Of a stretch of DNA of 64,000 bases, positions 20,273 through 29,388 are shown piece by piece (positions within the stretch are counted from its first letter, which is position 1; each line of letters opens with the position of its first letter). The stretch is from an uncultured Gammaproteobacteria bacterium (GTDB taxonomy: Bacteria; Pseudomonadota; Gammaproteobacteria; Steroidobacterales; Woeseiaceae), in assembly GCA_963841165.1 (NCBI GenBank), contig CAWJCA010000044.1, forward strand, positions 148,007 through 212,006, read 5' to 3'. The notes beneath the pieces were generated by a model that was not told where the DNA came from, did not search any database, and saw nothing but the letters and a program-made list of their open reading frames with translations. The position numbers were made by a program, and so were the translations under genes.

Positions 20273-22528
20273 TTACCGCAGGTCTGGAGAATAGCCAAGA
20301 ATACCACGTTCGAGGAGTTTGTCTGCCGCTGTGCCAACGCTCGTCATTCCCTTCAATACCAGTTGCAGACCGAATGAGGAATCCCGAGTTCCGTCGCGGG
20401 TGGAAATATAGCGGCGGGAAACGAGCCTCAGTCCCCAGCAGCAACTCTCATATTCGAGACCGAAAAACTGCTCCAGTACTTCCTGATCGCGGAAAGAGAA
20501 GTTGTAGCGACCGACGAAGTTCCACTGTGTGCTAACCGGCCAGGACCATGACAGGTCGCCTTGTTCCAGAGACTGACGCCGAAAGCGATAGGCGAGATTG
20601 AGGATCTTCTTATTAGCCGGCCGGTACTGCAGGCGCGCTTCCGATTTGGTCGTACCGCTGTCGCCGGTACCCCACTGGTGACCGAAGTCGAAATTGATGT
20701 TTTCCCAGAGGAGAAATCGCAGCTGTGCAATGTAATCGGAAGTTTCAAGTGTTGATGTAGCTGTTCCGGGCAAGGTGACGACGCGATCGCCAAAGTAGCG
20801 CGTCTGGCCGACAGTTGCTGTCATGAGTTCGCGACCTGACGAAACGTCGAGAATACGTGACGTGACGCCAATGCTGAGTTGTTCTGTGTCTCCAATCCGG
20901 TCGATGCCAAGGAATCGGTTTTTGCGATACAGCTGCACGAGATTGATGTCTGGTGTGATCGTGTCGAAGACAGGCAGTCCCGCCTGATCGCGGTACGGGA
21001 TGTTCACATACAAGAGTCGCGGCTCGATCGTCTGCAGGCGATCGGCACGACTCAACGTACGCTCGAGTACCATGCCCGTATCCAGGCTGGCGATCGGTAC
21101 GGTACGGGTCGGATCTGTTTCCGCTCCGGGCAATGCATCACTGAGTTGATAACGCGTGTGATCGAGCGAAACGGCTGGTGTAATAAACCAGCCGGGCCTC
21201 GCGATCGGCAGTTCGAGGGAAGGTGCGGCATTGACTCGCCAGCCCGTGACTCCGACATCGCGATCGAAGTTGACCACTTCCGCCTGAGCACCGAGACGAA
21301 GGAACGCGAGAGGCCACGAACCACTGGCCAGCAGTTGCGGAACACGCCGATACGGCTCATCGATCGGCAGGATCGCGTCATCGATAGTCTGGTAGTCCTG
21401 CAGCTGTCCAAACAAGGAAAATCGTTCGCTGAAATAGTCGAATCGCACGCTCCGGTTGAGGTGCGTGATACTCGAGATACTCTGGCTGCCACCGAGATCC
21501 TCGAAATACTGGTTGTCCGAGACTTCCCGGTAGTCGATCCGGTTGCGCCAGCCGTTTTCGAACAACGTTCGGTGCTGCAGGCGCATCTGGTGGCGCGCCT
21601 GGTTCACGGTGCTGTCGTCGGCCAGGTAATCGGCGCCGATGATGCCGTCGTTGCGAGGTGTCAGGTAGCGAAACTGTGTTTCCAGTTGCAGTCCGCGGCT
21701 GGTGAGCAGGCGCGGCGTGACGGTTGCATCGTAATTGGGCGCGATGTTCCAGTAGTAAGGCACACGAATCTCGTTGCCACTGCGACCCGAGCTGCCGATC
21801 TCGGGCGCCAAAAAGCCGGACTTGCGTGCGTCACTGAGCGGGAATGTCAGGTACGGTGCATACAGTACTGGCACGCCTTTGAATTGCAGCTTGATGCCCT
21901 TGGCTGTACCAACGCCCTTGCTCGTATCCAACTCGATGGACTTGCCTTGCAACAACCAGTCCTCGGATCCGGGCGGACAGGTCGTGTATTCGACGCCTTC
22001 AAGTATCAACTTGCCTTCCTGATTGATCTCGAGTGCGTCAGCCGCGCCGCGTGCGTTACTGCTGCCGAGCGAGAATTCTGCGCCTTCGAAGCGTATGCGG
22101 CCGCTCTCATAGGAGAACTCGGCCAGGTCACTGTGAATTTGCGTGCCCGGGTCCTCGTAGCGGACGTCACCTTCGAGGAGAATCGCCTTCTGTTCCGGAT
22201 CGTAGCGAGCTGTTTCGGCGCCGGCGAGCTTGTCTTGCCGTCGTAGCAGTACACCACCACTCATTCTGGCCGTCGCATCCTCGCCGATTTGCGCCTCGAG
22301 CTGACCTGCTTCGAGCACGATAGTGTCAGAATTCCCGAGTGGCACGCGGGACAGCGATGGATCGAGAGCCAGCGTTTCGCCGATCGACGTTTCGCAGGCA
22401 AGCCGATCTTCTCCGTGTGCACAGGTGACGGCCAGCAGGCAGCAGGCAATGATCAGTGGTTTGGCAGACAAATCGAAGGTCGGGTCAGGTTTGGGCCAAG
22501 CAGATACGGCCGAGATGTTAGCATGCAT
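20273..22528 (-). CDS. lptD: LPS-assembly outer-membrane protein LptD
   Basis: Large beta-barrel protein of about 751 aa from ATG 22528 (MHANISAVSAW...LLAVTCAHG). The ORF-track start at 22744 would run over the divergent gene. Confidence 0.88.
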   Translation of the reverse strand: MHANISAVSAWPKPDPTFDLSAKPLIIACCLLAVTCAHGEDRLACETSIGETLALDPSLSRVPLGNSDTIVLEAGQLEAQIGEDATARMSGGVLLRRQDKLAGAETARYDPEQKAILLEGDVRYEDPGTQIHSDLAEFSYESGRIRFEGAEFSLGSSNARGAADALEINQEGKLILEGVEYTTCPPGSEDWLLQGKSIELDTSKGVGTAKGIKLQFKGVPVLYAPYLTFPLSDARKSGFLAPEIGSSGRSGNEIRVPYYWNIAPNYDATVTPRLLTSRGLQLETQFRYLTPRNDGIIGADYLADDSTVNQARHQMRLQHRTLFENGWRNRIDYREVSDNQYFEDLGGSQSISSITHLNRSVRFDYFSERFSLFGQLQDYQTIDDAILPIDEPYRRVPQLLASGSWPLAFLRLGAQAEVVNFDRDVGVTGWRVNAAPSLELPIARPGWFITPAVSLDHTRYQLSDALPGAETDPTRTVPIASLDTGMVLERTLSRADRLQTIEPRLLYVNIPYRDQAGLPVFDTITPDINLVQLYRKNRFLGIDRIGDTEQLSIGVTSRILDVSSGRELMTATVGQTRYFGDRVVTLPGTATSTLETSDYIAQLRFLLWENINFDFGHQWGTGDSGTTKSEARLQYRPANKKILNLAYRFRRQSLEQGDLSWSWPVSTQWNFVGRYNFSFRDQEVLEQFFGLEYESCCWGLRLVSRRYISTRDGTRDSSFGLQLVLKGMTSVGTAADKLLERGILGYSPDLR

Positions 22529-22553
22529 TACGTGTGTTACCTTCGCATAGTTT

Positions 22554-23609
22554 TTGAGGCGCTTCAACGCGTTACGGAGAACACACATCAATAGCCCGAA
22601 GGCCTCGAGCGACGCTCGCCTGGCCGCGCTGAAAGAGTGGATTAACAGTATCGATACGGTTGTCGGCTGTGAGCCGGCGCCGGCGTCCGGCGATGCCAGC
22701 TTCCGTCGATATTTTCGCTTGCAGGCCGGGACCGGGAGCTTCATCGTGATGGATGCGCCGCCCGAGCAGGAAGACTGCCTGCCGTTCGTCCGCGTGGCCG
22801 GCTATCTCGAGGCAATGCAACTCAATGCACCGCGAGTAATTGCAGCGAATCTCGACGACGGATTCCTGCTGCTCAGCGACCTTGGAACGCGCCTCTACCT
22901 CGATGAGCTGCAGCACGATCCGGACGCCGCGCCGCATTTGTATGCCGACGCGATATCGGCCCTGCTGACCATGCAGCGTCGCGGCGCTGCTTACCAGGCA
23001 TCGCTGCCGCCCTACGATGTCGAACTCCTGCAGTTTGAACTGTCGCTCTTTCATGACTGGCTTTGCGGCGAACATCTCGGTTTGTCGTTCAGTGCGTCCG
23101 ATGAGGCGGCCTGGAACGCGTGTTGCGACGTACTGGTGGAAAACGCGTTGCATCAGCCACAGGTCTTTGTGCATCGCGACTACCACTCGCGGAACCTCAT
23201 GTTTACCAGCGACAACAATCCCGGCATTCTCGATTTTCAGGACGCGGTCGAAGGCCCGCTGACTTACGACCTGGTGTCGCTACTCAAAGACTGTTACGTG
23301 CGCTGGCCGGCGGAGCAGGTCAGGCATTGGGCGCTGGAATTTTACCGCGAACTTGAGCAATCGATCCGCGAGCGGGTTGATGAAATCCAGTTTCGCCGCT
23401 ATTTCGAACTCATGGGCGTGCAGCGGCATGTGAAGGCCGCAGGAATATTCGCGAGACTCAATCACCGCGACGGCAAGGCAGCCTACCTTGCCGACATTCC
23501 CAGGACACTGTCCTACATTGTCGAACTCGGTCCGCATTACGAGGAACTGCAATTTCTCGTTCGTCTTGTCGAGCAGCAGGTATTGCCGACACTGGCGCGC
23601 AAGTCATGA
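22554..23609 (+). CDS. amgK: Aminoglycoside-phosphotransferase-fold kinase, AmgK-like (anomeric MurNAc/GlcNAc kinase)
   Basis: Kinase motifs VFVHRDYHSRNLMF and ILDFQDA. Divergent from lptD and 4-nt overlapped with a MurU-like gene, as I recall for Pseudomonas. The start (TTG 22554) is uncertain. Confidence 0.72.
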   Translation: MRRFNALRRTHINSPKASSDARLAALKEWINSIDTVVGCEPAPASGDASFRRYFRLQAGTGSFIVMDAPPEQEDCLPFVRVAGYLEAMQLNAPRVIAANLDDGFLLLSDLGTRLYLDELQHDPDAAPHLYADAISALLTMQRRGAAYQASLPPYDVELLQFELSLFHDWLCGEHLGLSFSASDEAAWNACCDVLVENALHQPQVFVHRDYHSRNLMFTSDNNPGILDFQDAVEGPLTYDLVSLLKDCYVRWPAEQVRHWALEFYRELEQSIRERVDEIQFRRYFELMGVQRHVKAAGIFARLNHRDGKAAYLADIPRTLSYIVELGPHYEELQFLVRLVEQQVLPTLARKS

Positions 23610-24259
23610 TTGCCATGATTCTTGCCGCAGGCCGCGGCGAGCGCCTGCGGCCACTGACCGATGAGACGCCCAAGTCCCTGGTTGAAATTCGCGGAGAGAG
23701 CTTGCTTGAAAGGCACCTTGCGAACATCCGAAATGCCGGTATTGAGACTGTCGTTATCAACCTCGGCTGGCTGGGTGCAGAGATTGTCAAACGAGTGGGC
23801 TCCGGTGCCCGATACGGCCTGCAGGTCATTTATAGCCAGGAAGGCAACAATGTCCTCGAGACCGGTGGTGGCATTCACAAAGCGCTGCCGTTGTTGGGCA
23901 GCGATCCCTTCCTGGTGGTGAACGCCGACGTATACACCGACATGCCGGTCCCGGGGGCCGAGCTGGCTGCCGACGCTCTCGGTCATCTCGTCATGGTGCC
24001 GACGCCGACCTATCGTGACCACGGTGATTTCGATTTGCAGGACGGATTGATTCGAAACAGTGACGCGGCGAAGCTGACGTTCAGCGGCGTCGCAATCTAT
24101 AAACCGGAGTTCTTCAGCGCATGCGAGGCGGGTAGATTTCCGCTGGCGCCAATGCTGCGTGAAGCAGCCGATGCGGGTCGCTTATCCGGCGAACTTTACG
24201 AAGGATTGTGGGCAGACGTCGGTACGAAGGCGCGACTTGACGCACTCAATCGCGCGTAG
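23606..24259 (+). CDS. murU: Sugar-1-phosphate nucleotidyltransferase, MurU-like
   Basis: [23 protein letters not shown] nucleotidyltransferase P-loop-like motif. 217 aa, translationally coupled to the amgK-like gene. Confidence 0.72.
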   Translation: MIAMILAAGRGERLRPLTDETPKSLVEIRGESLLERHLANIRNAGIETVVINLGWLGAEIVKRVGSGARYGLQVIYSQEGNNVLETGGGIHKALPLLGSDPFLVVNADVYTDMPVPGAELAADALGHLVMVPTPTYRDHGDFDLQDGLIRNSDAAKLTFSGVAIYKPEFFSACEAGRFPLAPMLREAADAGRLSGELYEGLWADVGTKARLDALNRA

Positions 24260-24923
24260 CCGCCGGTAGTTTGTCATTGCGCACAAGGTCTGCGTCGGAC
24301 AAACCCAAATGATGCAGAAAGTGCGGCAAAAGCCGTGGCCACACCTTGTCGAGATCGGCATCGATGCCGAGTCTCTTCAGATCGGTCATCTCGAGCTCTT
24401 TGTAACCGCAGGGATTGATGCGCGAAAACGGCTCGAGATCGATATCGACGTTGAGTGCCATACCGTGAAAACTGCAGCCCCTGCGTATGCGCAGGCCAAC
24501 ACTTGCGAGTTTTTCGCCAGCGACGTAAACGCCGGGCGCATCGGCGCGGCTCGCGGCATCGATGTCGAATTCAGCAGCGAGGTCGACAACGCTCTGTTCC
24601 AGCGCCGTTACCAGTGTTCGAACACCCATCGCAGAACGCCGCAGGTCCAGCAATGGGTAGATCATGAGCTGGCCGGGGCCGTGAAACGTAACCTGGCCAC
24701 CCCGGTCGATTTGTACGACGGGAATGTCACCGGGTGCGAGCAAGTGTTCCTTGCTGGCATTGAGGCCCATCGTGAATACGGGCGGGTGCTCGGTGAACCA
24801 GATTTCATCGCGTGTCGATTCCGTGCGGGCATCGGTGAAGCGTTGCATCGCGTGCCACAGCGGAACGTAGTCCTGGCGTCCGAGATCGCGAATCGCGATC
24901 ACTTGCTGAGCAGTGCCGGTCAC
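24246..24923 (-). CDS. lipB: Octanoyltransferase
   Basis: [25 protein letters not shown]....K.AS.G.R.....FHG.ALN. Confidence 0.9.
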   Translation of the reverse strand: MTGTAQQVIAIRDLGRQDYVPLWHAMQRFTDARTESTRDEIWFTEHPPVFTMGLNASKEHLLAPGDIPVVQIDRGGQVTFHGPGQLMIYPLLDLRRSAMGVRTLVTALEQSVVDLAAEFDIDAASRADAPGVYVAGEKLASVGLRIRRGCSFHGMALNVDIDLEPFSRINPCGYKELEMTDLKRLGIDADLDKVWPRLLPHFLHHLGLSDADLVRNDKLPAATRD

Positions 24924-25183
24924 AATGCCACCAGGACGTCGTCGTGCGAGGAGACGTCGCGGTAAATGTCATCGAGCTGTTGCTGGCTTGTCGCCGTGAT
25001 CGTGACGGTCACCGAGACGAAGCGGCCGTTGCGGCTGACGGCCGCCTGCACCGCACTATCCGGCACCGCTCCTGCGTGAACTTCCACCAGCGCACGGGCG
25101 GTTGCTCGAAACTCCGGGGTGTCCCGACCCATCATCTTAATTGGAAAATCGCAGGGAAACTCGAGGCCGGACTGCTCAGACAT
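24920..25183 (-). CDS. ybeD: YbeD/DUF493 family protein
   Basis: 87 aa with the [11 protein letters not shown] motif. Conserved position between dacA and lipB. Confidence 0.8.
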   Translation of the reverse strand: MSEQSGLEFPCDFPIKMMGRDTPEFRATARALVEVHAGAVPDSAVQAAVSRNGRFVSVTVTITATSQQQLDDIYRDVSSHDDVLVAL

Positions 25184-25185
25184 GC

Positions 25186-26331
25186 TTACTCGAACCAGAG
25201 GCTGACGCTGTCACGTGTACGCTGCCACATCGATCCGGTCGGGTTGTCGTCAAGGGCACGCAAAGGCGCACTCAATAGCTGTTCCTCACCCAGGCGGACT
25301 GTCAATTCAGCAACCGCCTGGCCGGCGGCTACCGGCGCTTCGATGACCGCTGGAATATCAAGGGTCGACTCAAGCTGATCATACGCACCGCGGCGAACCG
25401 TGATGTAAAGATCTTCGAGTACACCGAGCCGCGAATTCTCGTTCGCCGACTTCCAGACACGCGCCGTCGTTACTTCCTCGCCCGCTTTGAACAGAAGTCG
25501 GGTCTCAAAAAAGCGGAAGCCGTAATTGATCAGTGCCTGGCTGCCATCGGTTCGTGCCCGCGTGCTCGATGTGCCGAGAACGGTCGAGATGACGCGCATG
25601 TCATTTCGCTTCGCCGAGGCAACAAGGCAATAGCCCGCGTCATCCGTGTGGCCGGTCTTCAGCCCGTCAACCGACGGATCGCGCCACAGCAGCGAATTGC
25701 GATTGCTCTGCTTGATGTCGTTGTAGGTGTATTCCTTGACCGCATGCCAGGGGTAATAGTCCGGAAATTTCAAAATCATGGCGCGCGCCAGTGTCGTGAG
25801 GTCTCTCGCTGTTGTCGTGTGACCTTCGGCCGGCAGGCCGGTCGCATTGAGAAAGTGACTCGAGTGCATGCCCAGTGTTGCCGCGTACTGATTCATGAGT
25901 TCCGCGAATACACTTTCGGTGCCGGCGATATGTTCTGCAAGAGCGACGCTTGCGTCGTTGCCGGATTGCACGATCATGCCCAGCAGCAGGTCATTGATGG
26001 AAACGCGTGTGCCGACTTCGACAAACATCCTCGACCCTTCGGTGCGCCAGGCTTTTTCGCTGACTGTTACCTCGTCTTCGAGACGAATCTGTCCCTGTTG
26101 CAGCGCGCTGAACACTACGTAAGTGGTCATCAGCTTGGTCAGGCTGGCGGGGGCAAGTGCCGTATCCGGGTTCAGTGACGCCAGTTCGCGACCGGTCTGG
26201 CTATCGACAAGGAGATAACTTTTTGCGCCTATGATGGGTGGTGCGGGTGCCGGCATAGGCGCTGCGGCGTAAGCTGCTGCTGAAAAAAATACGAGCAGTG
26301 ATGCAAACAACAAAGTCAGACGTTGGAACAT
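25186..26331 (-). CDS. dacA: D-alanyl-D-alanine carboxypeptidase (PBP5/6 class)
   Basis: Signal peptide, SxxK (ASLTKLM), SGN (QSGNDAS) and KTG (LKTGHT). Confidence 0.88.
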   Translation of the reverse strand: MFQRLTLLFASLLVFFSAAAYAAAPMPAPAPPIIGAKSYLLVDSQTGRELASLNPDTALAPASLTKLMTTYVVFSALQQGQIRLEDEVTVSEKAWRTEGSRMFVEVGTRVSINDLLLGMIVQSGNDASVALAEHIAGTESVFAELMNQYAATLGMHSSHFLNATGLPAEGHTTTARDLTTLARAMILKFPDYYPWHAVKEYTYNDIKQSNRNSLLWRDPSVDGLKTGHTDDAGYCLVASAKRNDMRVISTVLGTSSTRARTDGSQALINYGFRFFETRLLFKAGEEVTTARVWKSANENSRLGVLEDLYITVRRGAYDQLESTLDIPAVIEAPVAAGQAVAELTVRLGEEQLLSAPLRALDDNPTGSMWQRTRDSVSLWFE

Positions 26332-26379
26332 GAGGCCTCTGGAAGATCGGGTAATTCGTATCGGCGCGTATTGTAACGC

Positions 26380-27237
26380 CTATTCAAGGACGAGATAGGG
26401 GTCCGTTATGCCGATGTTCTCGAGTTCCTCGACGAGTATGTCGTACTCGATTACCTCGGCGACCGGGCCGATGCGGACGCGCAGCAGAGGCGGGCTCGAG
26501 GAAGAATCTTCGTGAATGAACGCATTGTCGATGCCGGATGCGGACAATACGGCCAGGCGACGCTCGGCATTTGCGCGGTCACCGAACGCCCCTACCTGCA
26601 CAAAGATTTGCGCGGTGCCGGCCAGCGGTGCGGGTGCCGGATTGACGGGTGGCCGAACGGACGCTTCGGCGACGGCTGCCGGTGGAACAGTTTTCCGGGT
26701 TGGGCGGTCACCGGCAGGTACCTCGAAGTCGATCGCCGTTACTTCGACCAGGCCCGTGCCGTCGCGAAGCATATCGAGCCTGGCAGCGGCCGCGTACGAC
26801 AGGTCGATGATGCGGTTGTGCACGAACGGACCACGATCATTGACGCGTACAACAATGCTCTTGTCGTTTTGGAGGTTACGCACTCGGACATAGGTCGGCA
26901 GCGGCAGGGTCTTGTGCGCCGCGGTCATCGAGTGCATGTCATAGACTTCGCGATTCGATGTCAGGTTGCCGTGGAATTTTTTTCCGTACCAGGACGCGAC
27001 GCCGCGCTCCTGGTAACCACTGCTGCTTGGCATAACCCGGTAACGTTTGCCGAGAACTTCGTACACCGGGCCGTTGCCGTACCTGCTGCGTGCTTCGGGT
27101 CGCGGAACCGCGTCGCCTGGCAGACCGCCAATGCGCGTACTGCCGGACGAGGGAGGGCCGTCACCGCCGAACTTGCTACTGCCGCAGGCGGCAAGTGACA
27201 GCGACACGATTGCCATCAGCAGCAGCCTAGCCAGCAT
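26380..27237 (-). CDS. rlpA: Septal ring lytic transglycosylase RlpA (DPBB + SPOR)
   Basis: ATG 27237 gives MLARLLLMAIVSLSLAAC (lipobox). The DPBB core is ASWYGKKFHG..T.N.E.YD...MTAAHKTLPLPTYVRV.N..N.KS.VVRVNDRGPF. The C-terminus is SPOR-like. Confidence 0.85.
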   Translation of the reverse strand: MLARLLLMAIVSLSLAACGSSKFGGDGPPSSGSTRIGGLPGDAVPRPEARSRYGNGPVYEVLGKRYRVMPSSSGYQERGVASWYGKKFHGNLTSNREVYDMHSMTAAHKTLPLPTYVRVRNLQNDKSIVVRVNDRGPFVHNRIIDLSYAAAARLDMLRDGTGLVEVTAIDFEVPAGDRPTRKTVPPAAVAEASVRPPVNPAPAPLAGTAQIFVQVGAFGDRANAERRLAVLSASGIDNAFIHEDSSSSPPLLRVRIGPVAEVIEYDILVEELENIGITDPYLVLE

Positions 27238-28246
27238 GGCTTGCCACCCTGGATGCGATTTCCTGGCCCAACTGATGCGCCGCAAGCGCATACATGACGC
27301 TACGGTTGTATTTCGTAATGACAAAGAAATTGTGGAATCCGACCCAGTGTTCGGTGCCCTTGCTGCCTTCGTAGGTCAGAAGCTCGCCCTTGCTGTCGGC
27401 GCACAGATCGGTTGCAAAAACGACGCCTTTCTTGCTCAGTGACTCAACCGTATCGGAAGCTTTCAATGTATTCCTTGGTTCCGGCACAGGCCCCTTCCAT
27501 TGCCCGCTGAGCGTGGCCCGGGCCGTGACTTCATCTCCGGCCCGCCAGCCGTGCTCGAGAAAATAGTTGGCGACGCTGCCCGAAACATCGGCCCAGTCGT
27601 TCCAGATATCGCGCTTGCCGTCGCCGGTCGCGTCTACGGCGTAGGCGCGAAAGCTCGACGGCATGAACTGTGGACGGCCCATGGCGCCTGCATAAGAACC
27701 CATCGGAGCCGTTGCGTCGAGCTCTTCTTCGCGCGTGAGAATCAGGAACTGTATGAGTTCATTCCGAAAGAACCGGGCTCGTTTCGGGTACTCGAACGCG
27801 AGCGTTGTCAGCGCATCAAGGACGCGGTCGTTGCCCGTGATACGGCCGAAATACGTTTCCACGCCAATGATGCCGACGATCATCTCGATCGACACACCCG
27901 ATTCCTTGCTAATGCGTTCGAGCATCTCGCGATGTTCACGCCAAAAAGTAACGCCCGCGTTGATGCGCTCTTTTGTGAGGAAGATTTTGCGGTATTCGCC
28001 CCACGTCAGGGTACGTTCGGCCGGTGTGGATATTTTGCGGATAATCGATGGCTTGATTTCGGCCTGGCTGAGCACATTACGCAATGCGTCCCGATCAAAT
28101 TCGTGGTCGCTAACCATCTCGTCAATGAACGCGACCACTTTCGGACTGTCGACATCGACCTTGACCGGCCCAGGGTCTTCCGCTGATCGGGCGCAGGCGA
28201 CCGAAAGCAAAAGTGCAGCGGCTACAATGAGTGTTCGATTTATCAT
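27227..28246 (-). CDS. mltB: Lytic murein transglycosylase B
   Basis: Signal/lipoprotein N-terminus, GIIGVETYFG and GAMGRPQFMPSSFRAYAVD. Confidence 0.88.
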   Translation of the reverse strand: MINRTLIVAAALLLSVACARSAEDPGPVKVDVDSPKVVAFIDEMVSDHEFDRDALRNVLSQAEIKPSIIRKISTPAERTLTWGEYRKIFLTKERINAGVTFWREHREMLERISKESGVSIEMIVGIIGVETYFGRITGNDRVLDALTTLAFEYPKRARFFRNELIQFLILTREEELDATAPMGSYAGAMGRPQFMPSSFRAYAVDATGDGKRDIWNDWADVSGSVANYFLEHGWRAGDEVTARATLSGQWKGPVPEPRNTLKASDTVESLSKKGVVFATDLCADSKGELLTYEGSKGTEHWVGFHNFFVITKYNRSVMYALAAHQLGQEIASRVASHAG

Positions 28247-29388
28247 CAGTGCGGCAATAACTTCCGGTGTGAGTGAATCGACATGAGAATACCGAATCCG
28301 GCCATTAGGGTCACCATGGACGTTCCGCCGAAACTGACCAGCGGCAACGGTACACCAACGACAGGGATAAGTCCGGTTACCATCGCCGTGTTAACGAAGA
28401 CGTATACGAGAAAAGTCAGGCTGATCGAACCGGCCAGCAAGCGCGAGTAGGTATCGTGAGCCTGTACCGCGATGTAAAGACCGCGACCGATGACAAACAT
28501 GTAGAGCACGAGCAGGGTCAGCACACCGAACAGCCCGAATTCTTCACCGAGTACGGCGAAAATAAAATCCGTATCTCGCTCGGGCAGGAACTCGAGGTGA
28601 GCCTGGGACCCATTGGTCCAGCCTTTGCCGAACAGGCCGCCTGATCCGATCGCGATTTTCGACTGGATGATGTTGTAACCCGCGCCAAGCGGATCGCTGT
28701 CCGGGTCAAGCAGCGTCAACACACGTTGTTTCTGGTAGTCCTTCATGAAATTCCACAGCACGAGCGCGCCGGGCACGGCCAGCAATGCCATGCCCATGAT
28801 CAAACGGAACGACATGCCGGCCAGGATGACGACGATCACGCCGGAGGCTGCGATCAGCAGTGACGTACCGAGATCGGGCTGGCGCGCGATCAGGATGGTC
28901 GGTACAACGATCATCGCCGCGATGGCCAGAAGCTGACCCAGCCGGGGTGGCATCTGTCGATGGTGCAGGTACCAGGCCGCCATCATTGGTACACCGAGCT
29001 TCATTGCCTCGGACGGTTGAAAGCGAATGCCGAGATTCAGCCAGCGCCTCGCGCCCTGTCCCATCTCGCCCACCATGAGCACGAGTACCAGGAGAATGAG
29101 GCCGGCCAGGTAGCCCCAGGGGGTCCAGCGCCGCAAAAAGTCCGGCGGCAGCTGCGCCACGACCAGCATTGCGACGAACGCCAGCCCCAGGCGGACGGCC
29201 TGGTTCATGAGAAGCCGGTTGCTTTCGCCGACAGCGCTATAAAGTATGAACAGGCCAAAGCCGCTGATCAGGATCAGGCCGCCGAGTAGTGGGCCGTCAA
29301 TATGCAGGCGGCGCATGAGGCCCGCGAAATTTGACAGCGGCGCAGGCCTGGCCGTGAGCAAGGGTTTAGAGTCAGCGTGCGACATCAT
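28246..29388 (-). CDS. rodA: Peptidoglycan glycosyltransferase RodA (SEDS)
   Basis: Polytopic SEDS protein (RLHIDGPLL..., DPLGAGYNIIQSKIAIGSGG, PERDTDFIF). ATG 29388 or 29385 is preferred over the ORF-track TTG at 29400. It overlaps the end of mrdA. Confidence 0.9.
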   Translation of the reverse strand: MMSHADSKPLLTARPAPLSNFAGLMRRLHIDGPLLGGLILISGFGLFILYSAVGESNRLLMNQAVRLGLAFVAMLVVAQLPPDFLRRWTPWGYLAGLILLVLVLMVGEMGQGARRWLNLGIRFQPSEAMKLGVPMMAAWYLHHRQMPPRLGQLLAIAAMIVVPTILIARQPDLGTSLLIAASGVIVVILAGMSFRLIMGMALLAVPGALVLWNFMKDYQKQRVLTLLDPDSDPLGAGYNIIQSKIAIGSGGLFGKGWTNGSQAHLEFLPERDTDFIFAVLGEEFGLFGVLTLLVLYMFVIGRGLYIAVQAHDTYSRLLAGSISLTFLVYVFVNTAMVTGLIPVVGVPLPLVSFGGTSMVTLMAGFGILMSIHSHRKLLPH

